64,000 bases of DNA from Scyliorhinus canicula (lineage: Eukaryota): the NCBI RefSeq assembly GCF_902713615.1, contig NW_024056036.1, forward strand, positions 1-64,000, read 5' to 3'. The position numbers and the translations under genes are program-made. Shown piece after piece: positions 38,168 to 51,462 of this stretch. The notes under the pieces are model-generated. The model was not told the origin of the DNA, made no database searches, and was given only the letters and a program-made list of their open reading frames with translations. How positions within the stretch are numbered: the first letter of the stretch is position 1; the number at the start of each line of letters is the position of its first letter.

Positions 38168-39059
38168 GGAGAGCACATCCTGGTCACTGCATTCATCAAT
38201 TATAAAGTGAGACGATTCATTAATTATCACAAAACTGAAATAATCTAATCATCGTTCACAGAACTACAGTTCGTGGTCCGTTAATCAAATCCAGGGGATA
38301 AAGATGAAGTTGGCATTGTAAGAGTAAAGACGTCTGAATTTTTCAGTCTATTAATCATTTGAGAGGTTTAGATATTAACAATGAACAAAAACAGGTGGCA
38401 TGATGGCACACTGGTTAGCACTGCTGCCTGAAGGGGTTGAGGACCTGGTTTCGTTCCCGGCCCTGGATCACTGTCCGAGTGGAGTTTGCACATTCTCCCG
38501 GTGCCTGCGTGTGTCTTCCCCTACAACCCAAAGATGTGCAGGGTAGGGGAATTGGCCGTGCTAAATTGTCCCTTAATTGGGAAAAAAAAGAATTGGGTAC
38601 CTTAAATTTATTTTTAAAAAACAATTATCAAAAACATTTCAGTTAATTCTGGATAAAAGGTGACTTCAGCTCAACAGAAGAAACTGATTGGTGAGAAGCT
38701 GATGAATCTTTATTTATTTTAATCTTAAGTTTATTTTGCTCAAGTCAAATAATCAAATAATTAAAGACCTGGCCGGGGATTCCAGTCCTGCTCCACGTGG
38801 GAAAGCCAGGATCCTTCTCATGTCCAGAACAATCACAAGTGCAGGAAGTGACATCAGCTGGAGCAGCAGGAAGCAAAAGGCAGTGGTGGAGAGGTATGTT
38901 TGTGATTGGTGGAGTATTTCCAGTGGGATTCTAGATTTCCTAGGACATGATTCCATGCTTCTTGAGTTCTATATCAATGCTTTAGATTTTAACATGGGGA
39001 CAGGATTAAGTAATTTACGGTCCTCTTTTTGGCAGTGAGAAAGAAAGCTGCAGACTTTT

Positions 39060-40300
39060 ATTATTCATTTATGGGATGTGGGCTTCACTGGTTGGGCCAG
39101 CATTTATTGCCCATCCCTAGATGCCCTTCAGAACGTGGTGGGGAGTTTCCTTCTTGAACCGCTGCAGTCCTTCAGGTGTAGGTACACCCACTGTGCTGTT
39201 AGGGAGTGAGTGCCAGGATTTTATCCCAGTGACAGGGAAGGAACGGTGATATATTTCCCAGTCGGGGTGGTGAGTGACTTGGAGGGGAGCCTCCAGCTGG
39301 TGGGGTTCCCAGTGATCTACTGCTCTTGGCCTTCGAGATGGTGGTGGCCATGGGTTTGGAAGGTGCTGAATAAGGAACATTGTTGAGTTACTGCAGTGCA
39401 TCGTGTAGACGGTACACACGGCTGCCACTGTTCGGCAGTGATGGATGGTTTGAATTTTAGTGGAAGGGGGAGCAATCAAGCGGGCTGCTTTGTCCTGGAT
39501 GCTGTTGAGCTTCTTGAGTGTTGTTGGAGCTGCACTCATCCAGGCAACTGGAGAGTATTCCATTATACTCCTGACTTGTGCATTGCAGATGGTGGACAGG
39601 CTTTTGGGTGGGGGGGGGGGGAGGGGGTTCAGGAGATGAGTTACCCTTCGTAGGATTCCTAGTGTTTGACCTTTCCTGGTAACCACAGTATTAATATGGC
39701 TCATCCAGTTAATGTTTTGATCAATGGCACCCCCCCAGGATGTTGATTGTGAGGAACTCAGCAATGGTAATATCATTCAATGTCAAGGGACGATGGTTAG
39801 ATCCTCTCTTGGAAGATATGGTGATTGCCTGACACATGTGTGGCACGAATGTAACTTGCCACTTCTCAGCCCAAGCCTGGATATTGTCCAGGTCTTGCTG
39901 CATTTGGACATGGACTGCTTCATTATCTGAGGGTTGGCGAATGATTCTGAACACTGTGCAGTCATCCGCAAACATCCCCACTTTTGACCTTATGATGAAG
40001 GCAGGTCATTGATGAAGCAGCTGAAGATGGTTGGGCTGAAGACACTACCCTGAGGAATGCCTGCAGTGATGTCCTGTAGCTGAAATGGTTGGCCTCCAAC
40101 CACCACAACCATCTTTCTTTGTGGCAGGTACGACTCCAACCAGCAGAGAGTGTTCCCCTGATTCCCACTGACTCCAGATTAGCTGGGGCTCCTGGATGCC
40201 ATACTCGGTCAAATGCTGCCTTGATGTCAAGGGCAGACACTCTCACCTCACCTCTGGCATTCAGCGCTTTTGTGCATGTTTGAACCAAGGCTGTAATGAC
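39060..40300 (-). mobile_element. CR1/L2-group LINE RT and 3' end (family distinct from HER1)
   Basis: ALDIKAAFDRVWH, MFADDCTVF and QVRSIMEYSPVAW motifs. Confidence 0.85.
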
Positions 40301-42324
40301 TGCAGGAAGACATCAATAGACTGATCAGCGGACCAGAAAAGTAGCAAACAGGTCAATCCAGAGAAGCGCGGGATAATAAATACATTTGGGGAGGACAAAC
40401 ACGGCAAAGGGAAAGAATATGAATGGTATGATAGTGAGGTGAGAGGGACAAAGGGGCGTTAGAGTGCATGTCCACAGATCCCTGAAGGTGACAGGAGAGA
40501 TAGATACGGTGATTGTGAAGGCAGAGAGGATACTTTGTTATTCACGGGGACAGAATACTAGAGCAGGGAATATTCCCGGCAATTTCTATTGGAGGAAAGA
40601 CCTGAAACCCCTCTCTCCACCGATGCTGCCAGAGCTGCTGAGTATTTCTGGCATTTTCTGTGTTTATTATAAGATCAGGGAGGTTATACTGGAGCTGTCC
40701 AAAACACTAGTTAAACCACAGCTGCATTACTGAGTACAGTTCTGGGCACCACATTACAGGAAGGATGTGTTCATCCCAAAGAGAATGCAGAGGAGATTGA
40801 CCAGGATGTTGACACAAGTGGAGAATTTTAACAATGAGGAAAGATTGGAGAGGCCGAGGTGGTTTTCTGTGGAACAGAGAACGCTGAGGAGAGATTAACT
40901 GAGGTGTTTAACATTCTGAGGGGCCCGGGTAGAATGGATAAGAAGGATCTATTTCATTAACAGATCAATAACCAAGGGGTTTAGATTTAAAGTAATTAGC
41001 AGAGGATTGCGAGTGGAAGGGGGAAATCATTTCAGTGGTAGGAGTCTAGAACTCACTGTCCGATAGGGTCACAGAGGCAGAAATCCTGATCATTGTAAAA
41101 AAAATGTCTTGGATATCCAATTGAAGGACTGGGACATACAGGGCAATCGACTGAGATCTGCAAAATGGGATTAAGCTGAATAGCTCCACTTCAGCTAGCA
41201 CACACACAATGGGCCAAATGGCCTCTCTCTGTACCAGAGCTTTGAGGTTTTTACTCTGATAGTTGGAGTTTGTTTCTGATGAAAATAACCTCGAAGGGAC
41301 TGGAGTTTAACATCCTAGAATGATATTGGTGAAACAAATCAGCTGTTTTAAACACGTTGTAGATTTTTGTCTTTCCCGCCTGAGTGTTTAACATCACCTG
41401 GCTGGAGCTCAGAAAGGACAGTCCCACCTTATAGAATCCGAGAATTGAGTCTGTACCAGCCCTGGGAAAGAGCAGTCTACTTAAGCCCATGCCTCCACCC
41501 TATCCCCGCAACCCAGTAACCCCACGTAACCTTTTTGGACACTAAGGGCAATTTAGCACAGTCAATCCACCTAACCTGCACATCTTTGGACTGTGGGAGG
41601 AAAGCGGATCACCCGAATGAAACCCACGCAGACACGGGGAGAACTTGCAGACTCTGCACAGACAATGACCAAGACGGATATCGAACCCGGGTCCCAGGTG
41701 CTGTGAATCAACAGTGCTACCCACTGTGCTACCGTGCAGCCCTTGCATCCAAGCTCCCGGATTGTCTGTCTTCTCTCCGGGTAAGATTTTGTTTGTCTCT
41801 TGTATTTCACGACTGAAACAGGGCGGACACCTGATTGAAGGATTCAAACATGGGAGTTCTGGGAAAGATGGGCAAGGATTTGGGAGGTAGCAACATGTTC
41901 AAAGAGTTTGGAGAGGAGAGGGAGGTTGAAGTTGGGGCAGTAATTTGTAAGGATGGCAGGGTCAAGGGTTTGTTTTATTGAGGGGGGGTGATGATGGCAG
42001 ATTTGAAGGACAGAGGGACAGTACCTGAAGAGAAAGAAATGTTGACACTATCTGTGGACACAGGGTAGTTGGCTGATCAGTAGCTCAGTGGGAATAGGGT
42101 CGATGGAGCAGGAGCTGGGTCTCATGGACAAGATGAGCTCTGAGAAGGCAGGAGGGGAGATGGGAGAGAAACTAGAGAAAGGTGTGGGTTCAGGGCTCAG
42201 GAAAGGATGAAATTTAGAGACAGTTTGGTCCGGTGGGCTCGTGGAAGGGAGGGAAGCAGCAGAGGCAGCTGATCGGATTTACTCAATTTCAGTCACAAAG
42301 AATCTCCACAGGCTCCTCACACTT

Positions 42325-42665
42325 AGACATAGACATAGAACAGTACAGGCCCTTCGGCCCTCGATGTTGTGCCGAGCAATGATCACCCTACTCAAACCGA
42401 CGTATCCACCCTATACCCGTAACCCAACAACCCCCCCCCCCCACATTAATCTTACTTTTTAGGACACTACGGGCAATTTAGCATGGCCAATCCACCTAAC
42501 CCGCACATCTTTGGACTGTGGGAGGAAACCGGAGCACCCGGAGGAAACCCACGCACGCACGGGATGTGCAGACTCCACACAGACAGTGACCCAGCCGGGA
42601 CTCGAACCTGGGACCCTGGAGCTGTGAAGCATTTATGCTAACCACCATGCTACCGTGCTGCCCCA
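42325..42665 (-). mobile_element. HE1/V-SINE absent from the paralogous block
   Basis: It interrupts CTCCTCACACTT/CTTGTTGG, which is continuous at ~3576-3595. Confidence 0.88.
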
Positions 42666-42911
42666 ACTTCTTGTTGGAGGTGAGGATGGAAGAGACAGGG
42701 GAGAGCGAGAGAACTTCAAAATGAACTAACTTGTGTCAGAGATATTAGAAAGTTTCAAATCACTGTGTATTTAACACAAATCTAATTTATTTGATTTTAG
42801 CCAGAATGTTAGCCCCTGTAAATGGGCTGGAGTTTGTTATCAGCAGAAAAAGACCCAAATGAACATGGTTCAGTCCTGAATGTGAGTAACAGCAAAATCC
42901 AATCACAGTCG

Positions 42912-44369
42912 TTACTTGTGGCCTCGTTGGTGTCTCAGCAGGTGGGATGAAGTGGTGAATCCCTTCCCACACTGGGAGCAGGGGAATGGCCTCTTCCTCG
43001 TGTGAACTCTCTGGTGACTCAGCATGTTGGATGAGTGACTGAATCTCTTCCCACACTTGGAGCAGGTGAACGGTCTCTCCCCAGTGTGAACTCGCTGGTG
43101 TCTCAGCAGGTGGGATGAAGTGGCGAATCCCTTCCCACAATTGGAGCAGGAGAATGGCCTCACCCCGGTGTGAACTCGCTGGTGACTCAGCAGGTTGGAT
43201 GAGTGACTGAATCTCTTCCCACACTTGGAGCAGGTGAACGGTCTCTCCCCAGTGTGAACTCGCTGGTGACTCACCAGGTTGAAAGACTGACTGAATCCCT
43301 TTCCACACTTGGAGCAGGTGAATGGCCTCTCCCCAGTGTGAATTCTCTGGTGACACAGCAGGTGGGATGACTTAGTGAAACCTTTCCCACACTCTAAGCA
43401 GGTGAATGGTTTCTCCCCAGTGTGAACTAGCTGGTGACTCAGCAAGTTGGATGAGTGACTGAATCTCTTCTCACACTTGGGGCAGGTGAATGGTTTCTCC
43501 CCAGTGTGAACGCGCTGGTGACTCAGCAGGTGGACTGACTGACTGAATCCCTTCCCACACTCGGAGCAGGTGTACGGTCTCTCCCCAGTGTGAACTCGCT
43601 GGTGTTTCCGCAGTGTGGATGATCCAGTGAATCCCTTCCCACACTTGGAGCAGGTGAATGGTCTCTCCCCAGTATGAACTCGCTGGTGTCTGAGCAGGTT
43701 GGTTGAGTGAATGAATCCTTTCCCACACTCGGAGCAGGTGAACGGTCTCTCCCCAGTGTGAATTCGCTGGTGACTCAGCAGGTGGACTGACAGAATGAAT
43801 TCCTTCCCACATGTGGAGCAGGTGAACGGTCTCTCCCCAGTGTGACTTTGCTGGTGACTCAGCAGGGCCGATGAACAAATGAATCCCTTCCCACACTTGG
43901 AGCAGGTGAATGGCTTCTCCCCAGTATGAATTCGCTGATGTACAGTGAGATCAGCTGATCGTCTGAACCCGGTCCCGCAGTCAGAGCACCTAAACGGTTT
44001 CTCGTCAGTGTGAACACGTTGATGGAGCATCTGTTCCCCAGAACGTTTATAGCACTTCCCGCAGTCTGGACATTGAAACGGTCTCTCATCAGTGTGAACT
44101 CGCTGGTGACTCAGCAGGGTGGATGACTGAGTGAATCCCTTCCCACACTTGGAGCAGGTGAATGGTCTCTCCCCAGTGTGACTGCGTCGATGAGTTTCCA
44201 GTTTGGATGGGTAAGCAAATCCTTTGCCACAGTCCCCACATTTCCATGGTTTCTCCTCAGTGTGACTGCATTTGTGGCTTGTGAGGCCTGATGATTGACT
44301 GAATCTTCGTCCACACACACAACATGTGTACGGTTTCTCCCCACTGTGAACGATGCTGTTTCCTTCCAT
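42912..44369 (-). CDS. C2H2 zinc-finger protein, 17 tandem fingers, 485 aa from ATG (MEGNSIV); paralog of 3802-5091
   Basis: Intact ORF. The acceptor TTTCACAG precedes exon start 44559. The N-terminus and stop context match the 3802-5091 gene. Confidence 0.9.
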   Translation of the reverse strand: MEGNSIVHSGEKPYTCCVCGRRFSQSSGLTSHKCSHTEEKPWKCGDCGKGFAYPSKLETHRRSHTGERPFTCSKCGKGFTQSSTLLSHQRVHTDERPFQCPDCGKCYKRSGEQMLHQRVHTDEKPFRCSDCGTGFRRSADLTVHQRIHTGEKPFTCSKCGKGFICSSALLSHQQSHTGERPFTCSTCGKEFILSVHLLSHQRIHTGERPFTCSECGKGFIHSTNLLRHQRVHTGERPFTCSKCGKGFTGSSTLRKHQRVHTGERPYTCSECGKGFSQSVHLLSHQRVHTGEKPFTCPKCEKRFSHSSNLLSHQLVHTGEKPFTCLECGKGFTKSSHLLCHQRIHTGERPFTCSKCGKGFSQSFNLVSHQRVHTGERPFTCSKCGKRFSHSSNLLSHQRVHTGVRPFSCSNCGKGFATSSHLLRHQRVHTGERPFTCSKCGKRFSHSSNMLSHQRVHTRKRPFPCSQCGKGFTTSSHLLRHQRGHK

Positions 44370-47300
44370 ATTCAAAATCCGCTGATATTCAGGATATTGC
44401 GTCGGTTTCACCCCTACAACCCAAATATGTGCAGGATAGGTGGACTGGCCACGCTAAATTGCCCCTTAATTGGAAAAATGATAAACTGAGGACTCTGTCA
44501 GATCCTGATGTGTTGCTTGGTTTGAGTTTCTGGATTTTGAAGCCTCGTCTTCGAACACCCTGTGAAACTGATTGAAAACAGAAAATAGGGAGTGAGATAG
44601 AACCCAGAAAAACACAAAGGCGGGCAGCACGGTGGCACAGTGTGTTAGCCCTGCTGCCTCACGGCTCAGAGGTCCCAGGTTCGATCCTGGCCCCGGGTCA
44701 CTGTCCGTGTGGAGTTTGCACATTCTCCCCGTGTTTGCGTCGGTTTCACCCCTACAACCCAAATATGTGCAGGATAGGTGGACTGGCCACGCTAAATTGC
44801 CCCTTAATTGGAAAAAATGAATTGGATAATCTAAATTTATTTTAGAAAAACAAAAAAACAGGTAGTGAAACTGAACTGAATGAATCTGGTCATTTGTGGG
44901 GCCGGTTCTGGGAAAAAGTGACCATGAAAATGGCAGAATTGCCACAAAAACGCAACTGGCCTCTTTGGGAGGAGAGAGAAAGAGGTGAAGAGGGAATTTG
45001 TATATCTACAAGACATATTAAGAGAGTTGATGGCAAAGCAAATTCGATCTTGAGCTTCATAAACAGTAATATTGATACCAAAACTATGCTTCTGGTGGAA
45101 TGGTAGTTAGCACTGCTGCCTCACAGCGCCAGGCACCCGGGTTCAATTCTGGTCTGTGTGGAGTTTGCACTTTCTCCCTGTGTCTGTGTGGGTTTCCACC
45201 CGGTGCTCAGGTTTACTCCAACAGCCCAAAGAAGGGAAAGTTAGGTGGATTGGCCTTGATAAATTACCCCTTAGTGTCCAGGGATGTGCAGGTTAGGTGG
45301 GGCTATGGGGTTACAGGGGCAGGGTAGGGGTGTGGGCCTAGGCAGGGTGCCCTTTCAGAGAATCAGTGCAGACTTGATGGGCCGAATGGCCCCCTTTTGC
45401 ACTGTAGGAATTCTACAGTTCTAATTCTATTCTATGAATCTTTATAAAGCTCTGGTCACCACTCTTCAGGAAGAATGTGAAGGTTCTTGGAGAAGGTGCA
45501 GAGGAGATTTATCAGAATGGTTCCAGCAAAGGAGGCTGAGGGGAGATTTGATTCAGGGACACAAGATTATGCCAGATTTCCATTGGGTGGACAAAGAAAC
45601 TCTGTTTCCATTCACTGATCGTACAAGCAGTCGGGACACAGATTTAAAGTTTTGGGTAAAACCTGGATTGAACGATATAAGATCCTGAGGGGTCTTGACA
45701 GGGTGGATGTGGAGAGGATGTTTCTCTTGTGGGAGAATCTGGAACAAGGGGGTCACTGTTGCAAAGTGAGTGGTCACCCATTTCAGATGAGGATAAGGCT
45801 TTTTTTTCTCTTGAGGGTTGCAAGACTGGGGGTGGCATATTGCTTAGCACTGCTGCCTCACAGCACCAGGGACCCGGGTTCAATTCCCACCCTGATCGTG
45901 TGGAGTTTGCACTTCCTCCCCGTGTCTGTGTGGGTTACCTCCGGGTGCTCCGGTTTCCTCCCACAGTTCAAAGATGTGCAGGTTAGGTTAAATTGGTTTG
46001 GACTGTATTCGCTGGAGTTCAGAAGAATGAGGGGGGATCTCATAGAAATCTATAAAAAGTGGGTGGCACGGTGGCTCAGTGGTTAGCACTGCTGCCTCAT
46101 GTCACCGAGGACCCGGGTTCAACTTCATACAGACTGTGGCCCCGGGTCACAGTCTGTGTGGAGTTTGCACATTCTCCCTGTGTTTACGTGGGTCTCGCCC
46201 CCACAAATCCAAAGATGTGCAGGGTAGGTAGATTGGCCATGTTAAAACTGCACCTTAATTGCGAAAAAATAATTGGTCACTCTAAACTTACGTTAAAAGA
46301 AAAACAGGGTGAGACAGAGTAGATTCAGGAAGGATGTTCCCAATAGTGGTGTGTCCAGAAATAGGGGTCACAGTCTGAGGATACGGAGACAGAGATGAGG
46401 AGATATTTCTTCACCCAGAGAGCGGTGAGCCTATGGAATCTGTCACCCCAGGAACTAATTGAGGCCAAAACATTGCATGTTTTCAAGAAGTAGTTAGATA
46501 CAGCACTGAGGGCTTAGTGGATCAAAGGATACGGGGGGGAAAGCGGGATTCGGCTATTGAGCCTAATCAGCTCTGATCGTAATGAATGGTGGAGCACGCT
46601 CGAAGGGCCAAATGGCCTCCTCCTGCTCCTATTTTCTAGGTTGCTCCGTATCTATGCATCTAAATGGTGCAGGAGGTATGAGGAAGAATGTTTTTACACA
46701 GCCAGTGGCAATGACCTTAAACTTGCTGCCCAGGACAGTGTTTGGAAATAGACACAATAAATTATTATTTTTTTAATTGGATAGAAACCGGAGAGAAATA
46801 AAGCTGTGAGGACACAGAGACAGAGCAGGAGAATGACTCTGACTGGATTGCTCCAGATAATAATAATCTTTATTAGTGTCACATGTAAGCTTACATTAAC
46901 ACTGCAATGAAGTTACTGTGAAAATCCCCAAGTCGTAACACTCCGGCACCTGTTCAGGTACAGAGCGAGAATTCAGAATGTCCAATTCACCTAACAAGCA
47001 CGTCTTTCGGGACTTGTGGAAGGAAACCGCAGCACCCGGAGGAAACCCACAACACACATGGGGAGAACGTGCACAGACCGCAGACAGTGACCCAAGCCAG
47101 GAATCGAACCTGGGTCCCTGGTGCTGTGAAGCAACAGTGCTAACCACCTGGCCGACCAGAGAGCTAGCATGGACTCAATGGACCGAATGCCCTTCTCTGC
47201 CCATAATGACTGACATTTTTTGGTTTTTTAAATTTTTCCAATTAAGGGGCAATTTAGCGTGGTCAATCCACCTAACTTGCACATCTTTGGGCTTTGGAGG

Positions 47301-47589
47301 CAAAACCCATGCAAACAATGTGCAAACTCCACATGGACAGTGACCCAGAGCCGGGATCGAACCTGGGACCTCGGCGCTGTTAGGCAGTAATGCTACCAGC
47401 TGACTCTGACATTTTTGTGTAATCTCGCCTTTTAATTTAACCCAACCCCGGGGGGGGGGGGGGGGGGGGGGGGGGTTCAAATATCACTCAGGTAAATCTG
47501 TGCTACACTCCGTCCGAGGCCATTCTATCCTTCCTCAGGTTTGTTGCCCAGAGCTGAACACAGTTCTCCAGGTTTGGTCTAACCAGGGT

Positions 47590-47790
47590 TTGTGAATCTC
47601 GGGGCTTTTCCAGTCACACTGAGACCTGAAACCTTCCCTCACAGACAGAACAGACAAAACTTTTACCTTCCACACCCAGATACTGCTTAAATTCTGGTTC
47701 TGATGAATCGAGTGACTCTGTCAGATCGCAATGTGACGTTTGGTTTGCGTTTCCCGTCTGTTAAACCTCCGCTTCCAGTATCCTGTAAAT
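47590..47790 (-). pseudogene. ZNF last-exon 5' relic (leader plus a decayed finger)
   Basis: GATCTGACAGAGTCACTCGATTCATCAG leader and CAGTGTGACTGGAAAAGC motif, followed by no finger array. Confidence 0.6.
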
Positions 47791-48002
47791 TTACAGAAAC
47801 CTCACTGTCAGTTTTGGATAGAAATTCACAACATTTTCTCCTCGCCAACTTTGATTGAATGTATTTCTGGAGGCTTGATCACATGACCTGCCGCCATCCT
47901 CCAGCCATTAATCGATCAACACTTCCATCCTTGTGACACACTGCCTTCCTCGGCCAATTGCGAAGCAAAATAACTCCTTCCCTTCCAGGACAGTGTTTGA
48001 CT

Positions 48003-48475
48003 AGGGCAGCACGGTGGTGCAGTGGTTAGCACTGCTGTCTCACAGCGCCGAGGTCACAGGTTTGATCCCAGTTCTGGGTCACTGTCTGTGCGAAGTTAGC
48101 ACATTCTCTCCGTGTTTGTGTGGGTTTCATGCCACAACCCAATGATTTAAAAAAAATAAATTTAGAGTAACCAATTATTTTTTTTTTCCAATTAAGGGGC
48201 AATTTAGCCTTGCCAATCCACTTTCCTTGCACATCTTTGGGTTGTCTTGGTGAAACCCACGCAAACACGGGGAGAATGTGCAAACTCCACACAGACAGTG
48301 ACCCAGAGCCGGGATCGAACCTGGGACCTTCGCGCCGTGAGGCATTAGGGCTAACCCACTGCACCACCGTGCTGCATCCCCACAACTCAAAGGTGTGCAG
48401 GTTAGGCCCATTGGACACGCTGAATTGTCCCTGAATTGGAAAAAATGAATTGGGCACTCTAAATTTATTTCAAAA
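48003..48475. mobile_element. Nested HE1 SINEs (minus copy 48150-48375 inside a plus copy)
   Basis: The host is split at CCACAAC(C/T)CAA, which is present on both sides. Confidence 0.75.
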
Positions 48476-49187
48476 AATGACTGTCAGTCAATCAAACTTT
48501 ATCCCAGTTTCAATATTTTTATATCCACTGAAATGTTCAAAAATCTTTTTTACTGTCCTCATGATTTTCCAGAGACCCAAAATTAGTATTTGTACTGTCC
48601 TAATCATGTTCCAGAGTCAGTAAAATATTTTTTACTGTCGCAATGATTTTCCAGAAACCCATGTATTTCATATAATTTCACAGAATTTACATTGCAGAAG
48701 GAGGCCATTCGGCCCATCGACTCTTGGAAACCCAGTAACCCGAGACTATGGGCAAATTTGAACACTAAGGGCAATATAGCATGGCCAATCCACCTAACCT
48801 GCACATCTTTGGACGTAGGAGGAAACCGGAGCACGCAGAGGAAACCTACGCACACACGGGGAGAACGTGCAGACTCCGCACAAACAAGTGACCCAAGCCG
48901 GGAATCGAACCTGGGACCCTGGAGCTGTGAAGCATTAGGGCTAACCCACTGCACCAGCATGCTGCATCCCCACAACTCAAAGGTGTGCAGGTGTTCAGTA
49001 TCCAAAATTGCCCTTAGAGTTGGGTGGGGTTACTGGAATAGGGTGGAGGTGTGGGCTTGAGTCGGGTGCTCTTTCCAAGAGCCGGTGCAGACACGATGGG
49101 CCCAATGGCCTCCTTCTGCACTGTAAATTCTATGAATCAGTCCCTCGATTTGAGGGTGATGTCTACTCGGGGTTCTGAATTTCTATC

Positions 49188-49294
49188 GAAAAGGGAAAAT
49201 GCTGGAAAATCTCAGCAAGTCTGGCAGCATCTGTAGGGAGAGAAAAGAGCTAACGTTTCGAGTCCGATGACTCTTTGTCAAAGCCCATTGATTG
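49188..49294 (-). mobile_element. Penelope family-2 terminal fragment with 12-bp TSD
   Basis: TSD TGAATTTCTATC at 49176-49187 and 49295-49306. The site is empty in the paralog at ~12150. Confidence 0.85.
49249..49284 (-). ncRNA. Putative minimal type I hammerhead ribozyme (U3-A8 variant)
   Basis: The minus strand reads GCT-TTGACAA-A-GAGTC-ATCG-GACTC-GAAA-CG-TT-AGC. Confidence 0.6.
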
Positions 49295-49539
49295 TGAATT
49301 TCTATCCTGGGTCTTCACATGGCTGAACAGAGCTGCAGAGCTTTGGACAGATGGGACAGAATGTCTAATAAGAGAGTGAAATCCAGAGAGCAGGATTGGC
49401 TTCCTTCTCTTTCCATCTCTGCCACTGCTTTGCATCATCAATAAGACATTGGGACTCAAAGACGAATCCAGTTTGATGGACAAGTTGTCTCCATTCTGAA
49501 CAATGGGGAACAAGCCCCTCCCACTCACTGAAACATCGC

Positions 49540-49980
49540 CCCGACAAAAGATGAGAAACGCGCATGCGCCCTGATTTACATCCAATAAAGATGGCGGCCG
49601 TTAACCCGAGCCGAACGTGAGGAGCTGCAGCTCCGCTCGGTACAATATGGGTCCCGGAAACCTTTCCGGTGTTTGCGATTTCAACAACTTTACACAACGT
49701 TTCCGCCCGCCCCCGCGATCTCTCGCTCCCTCCATATTGTTAAAGTTCTCTCACCGATTTCCGATCTGAAAAACGCGTCCTTCTACATCGCCATTACACA
49801 CACTGCGCATGCTTCAATCACAGCGGGCCCGCCCCTCATTCACTCCGATTGGTTGGAGGACTAGCTGCTTCCGGTCGGTCCCGCAGTCCCGCCCCTCCTC
49901 TTCCTATTGGTCCGGGGCTGCTGTCAATCACCCGGGCATTGTGAGGCAGATTTCAGGCTGACTCGCGGATTTACTCAATA
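49540..49980. promoter_or_regulatory. CpG-rich promoter-like module
   Basis: GCGCATGCGC, AAGATGGCGGCC, CCAAT/ATTGG boxes and GC boxes. Confidence 0.6.
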
Positions 49981-50329
49981 ATCATCGAGGTACAATCATA
50001 GAATTTACAGTGCAGAAGTCGGCCGTTCGGCCCATCGAGTCTGCACTGGCTCTTGGAAAGAGCATCTCCACCCTATCCCTGTAACCCAGCGACCCCATCT
50101 AACATAAGGGCAATTTAGCATGGCCAATCCACCTAACCTGCGCATCTTTGGACTGTGGGAGGAAACCGGAACACTTGGAGGAAACCCACGCAGACACGGT
50201 GGGAATGGGCAGACTCCGCACAGTGACACTTTTGTTGGGGCTTCTGGCTGATTTTGGTCTTTTATTTTGACTGGACCACATGCTTGGGGAAAGCAAGAGA
50301 CGAAAGAGGGTTTGATAGAAACTGGAATG

Positions 50330-50640
50330 ATCTGTTGTGAATTTCTATCCTATTTTTATAGTGATCATTTTTGTAAACCTATTTTTCAGGCATTAGAACG
50401 GGAGGATTGGCAGCTGGGCAACTCGAACCAAATATAACATCAAGATCTGACAGTCACTCAATTCATTAGGATCTAAATATCACAAACTGCCAATGTGATT
50501 GTCTGTTCGGACTGTGGGAAGAGATTTAAAACATCAGTGTGACTGGAAAAGCCCCGAGACCCACACACACCTGAGTGGAAGTGTTCCAGTGAACTGACTG
50601 GAAAGAGCTTTAACCAGTTACACAGCCTGAAAAACCATCT
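50330..50640 (+). pseudogene. Plus-strand ZNF last-exon relic truncated by a CR1 fragment
   Basis: Acceptor module TGTGAATTTCTATCC..TTTTTCAG, leader GATCTGACAG.. and decayed fingers matching 31750-32047. Confidence 0.65.
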
Positions 50641-51462
50641 TGTTTCCTCTTGTGGGAGAGTCTGAGACCAGAGGGCATAATCTCAGAGTAAGGGATCTCA
50701 AATTTAGGACAGAGGTGAGGAGTCATTTCTTCCATCAGAGGGTAGTGAATCTGTGGAATTCTTTAGCTGGCATTCTGTCTCTAGAGTTTACCATAAAAAG
50801 GCAAAGGTGAAGGTGTCTTAACCCGGATGGGCCGCTTGGTGGCGCAGTGGCTCTTTCACTGAGGGGCCTTGAGATCCGACACATCCCAGACAGGACTGGT
50901 GAGAAATATCTGTCTGGGAGAGGGGAGACAACTGTATAATCGGGGAAATCGATCAGTGCCGATAGACCTTAGAGAAAGGAGTTCCGATTAGTCTTATTTT
51001 CTTCATTTTTCATTCAATATTTATTAAAATTTCAGAGAAAATATTACACAAAAGTTTATTTTGATGTTTACAAAATGGAACGTTATTGAGTGTCACACTG
51101 AGAACAGAACACATGCCCTCTGAGCTGCCAAATGTATGTACAACTGTAACAGACACAAGAGAGAACAGGAGCTCAACATAAAGGGAAGAAAATTGTTGTG
51201 AATAAGGTACGAGGTAAGTTACTTATTTAGACATGATATTGAGAGAAATTATTAGCTACAATTACATTACAGCCAAAATTATCTTGTACATTTTAAACTG
51301 AAAAGCAGAAATACTGTCCATGATTGTCTCAGTTACAGATGCAGAATAATAAACTGAGAGAATTTTACTGTGAGAGTCACCAAGAGGAGATATTGTATTT
51401 GTGTCACACATAGATCATAATAAACAGCTGAGGGAAATCTACAGCATCCGAACGTCAACCGA

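Noticed and set aside
37229-38248. Long repetitive ORFs in five frames, or a CRISPR-like array
   Set aside because: A pure head-to-tail 27-bp repeat with no spacers; the open frames follow from the unit lacking stops.
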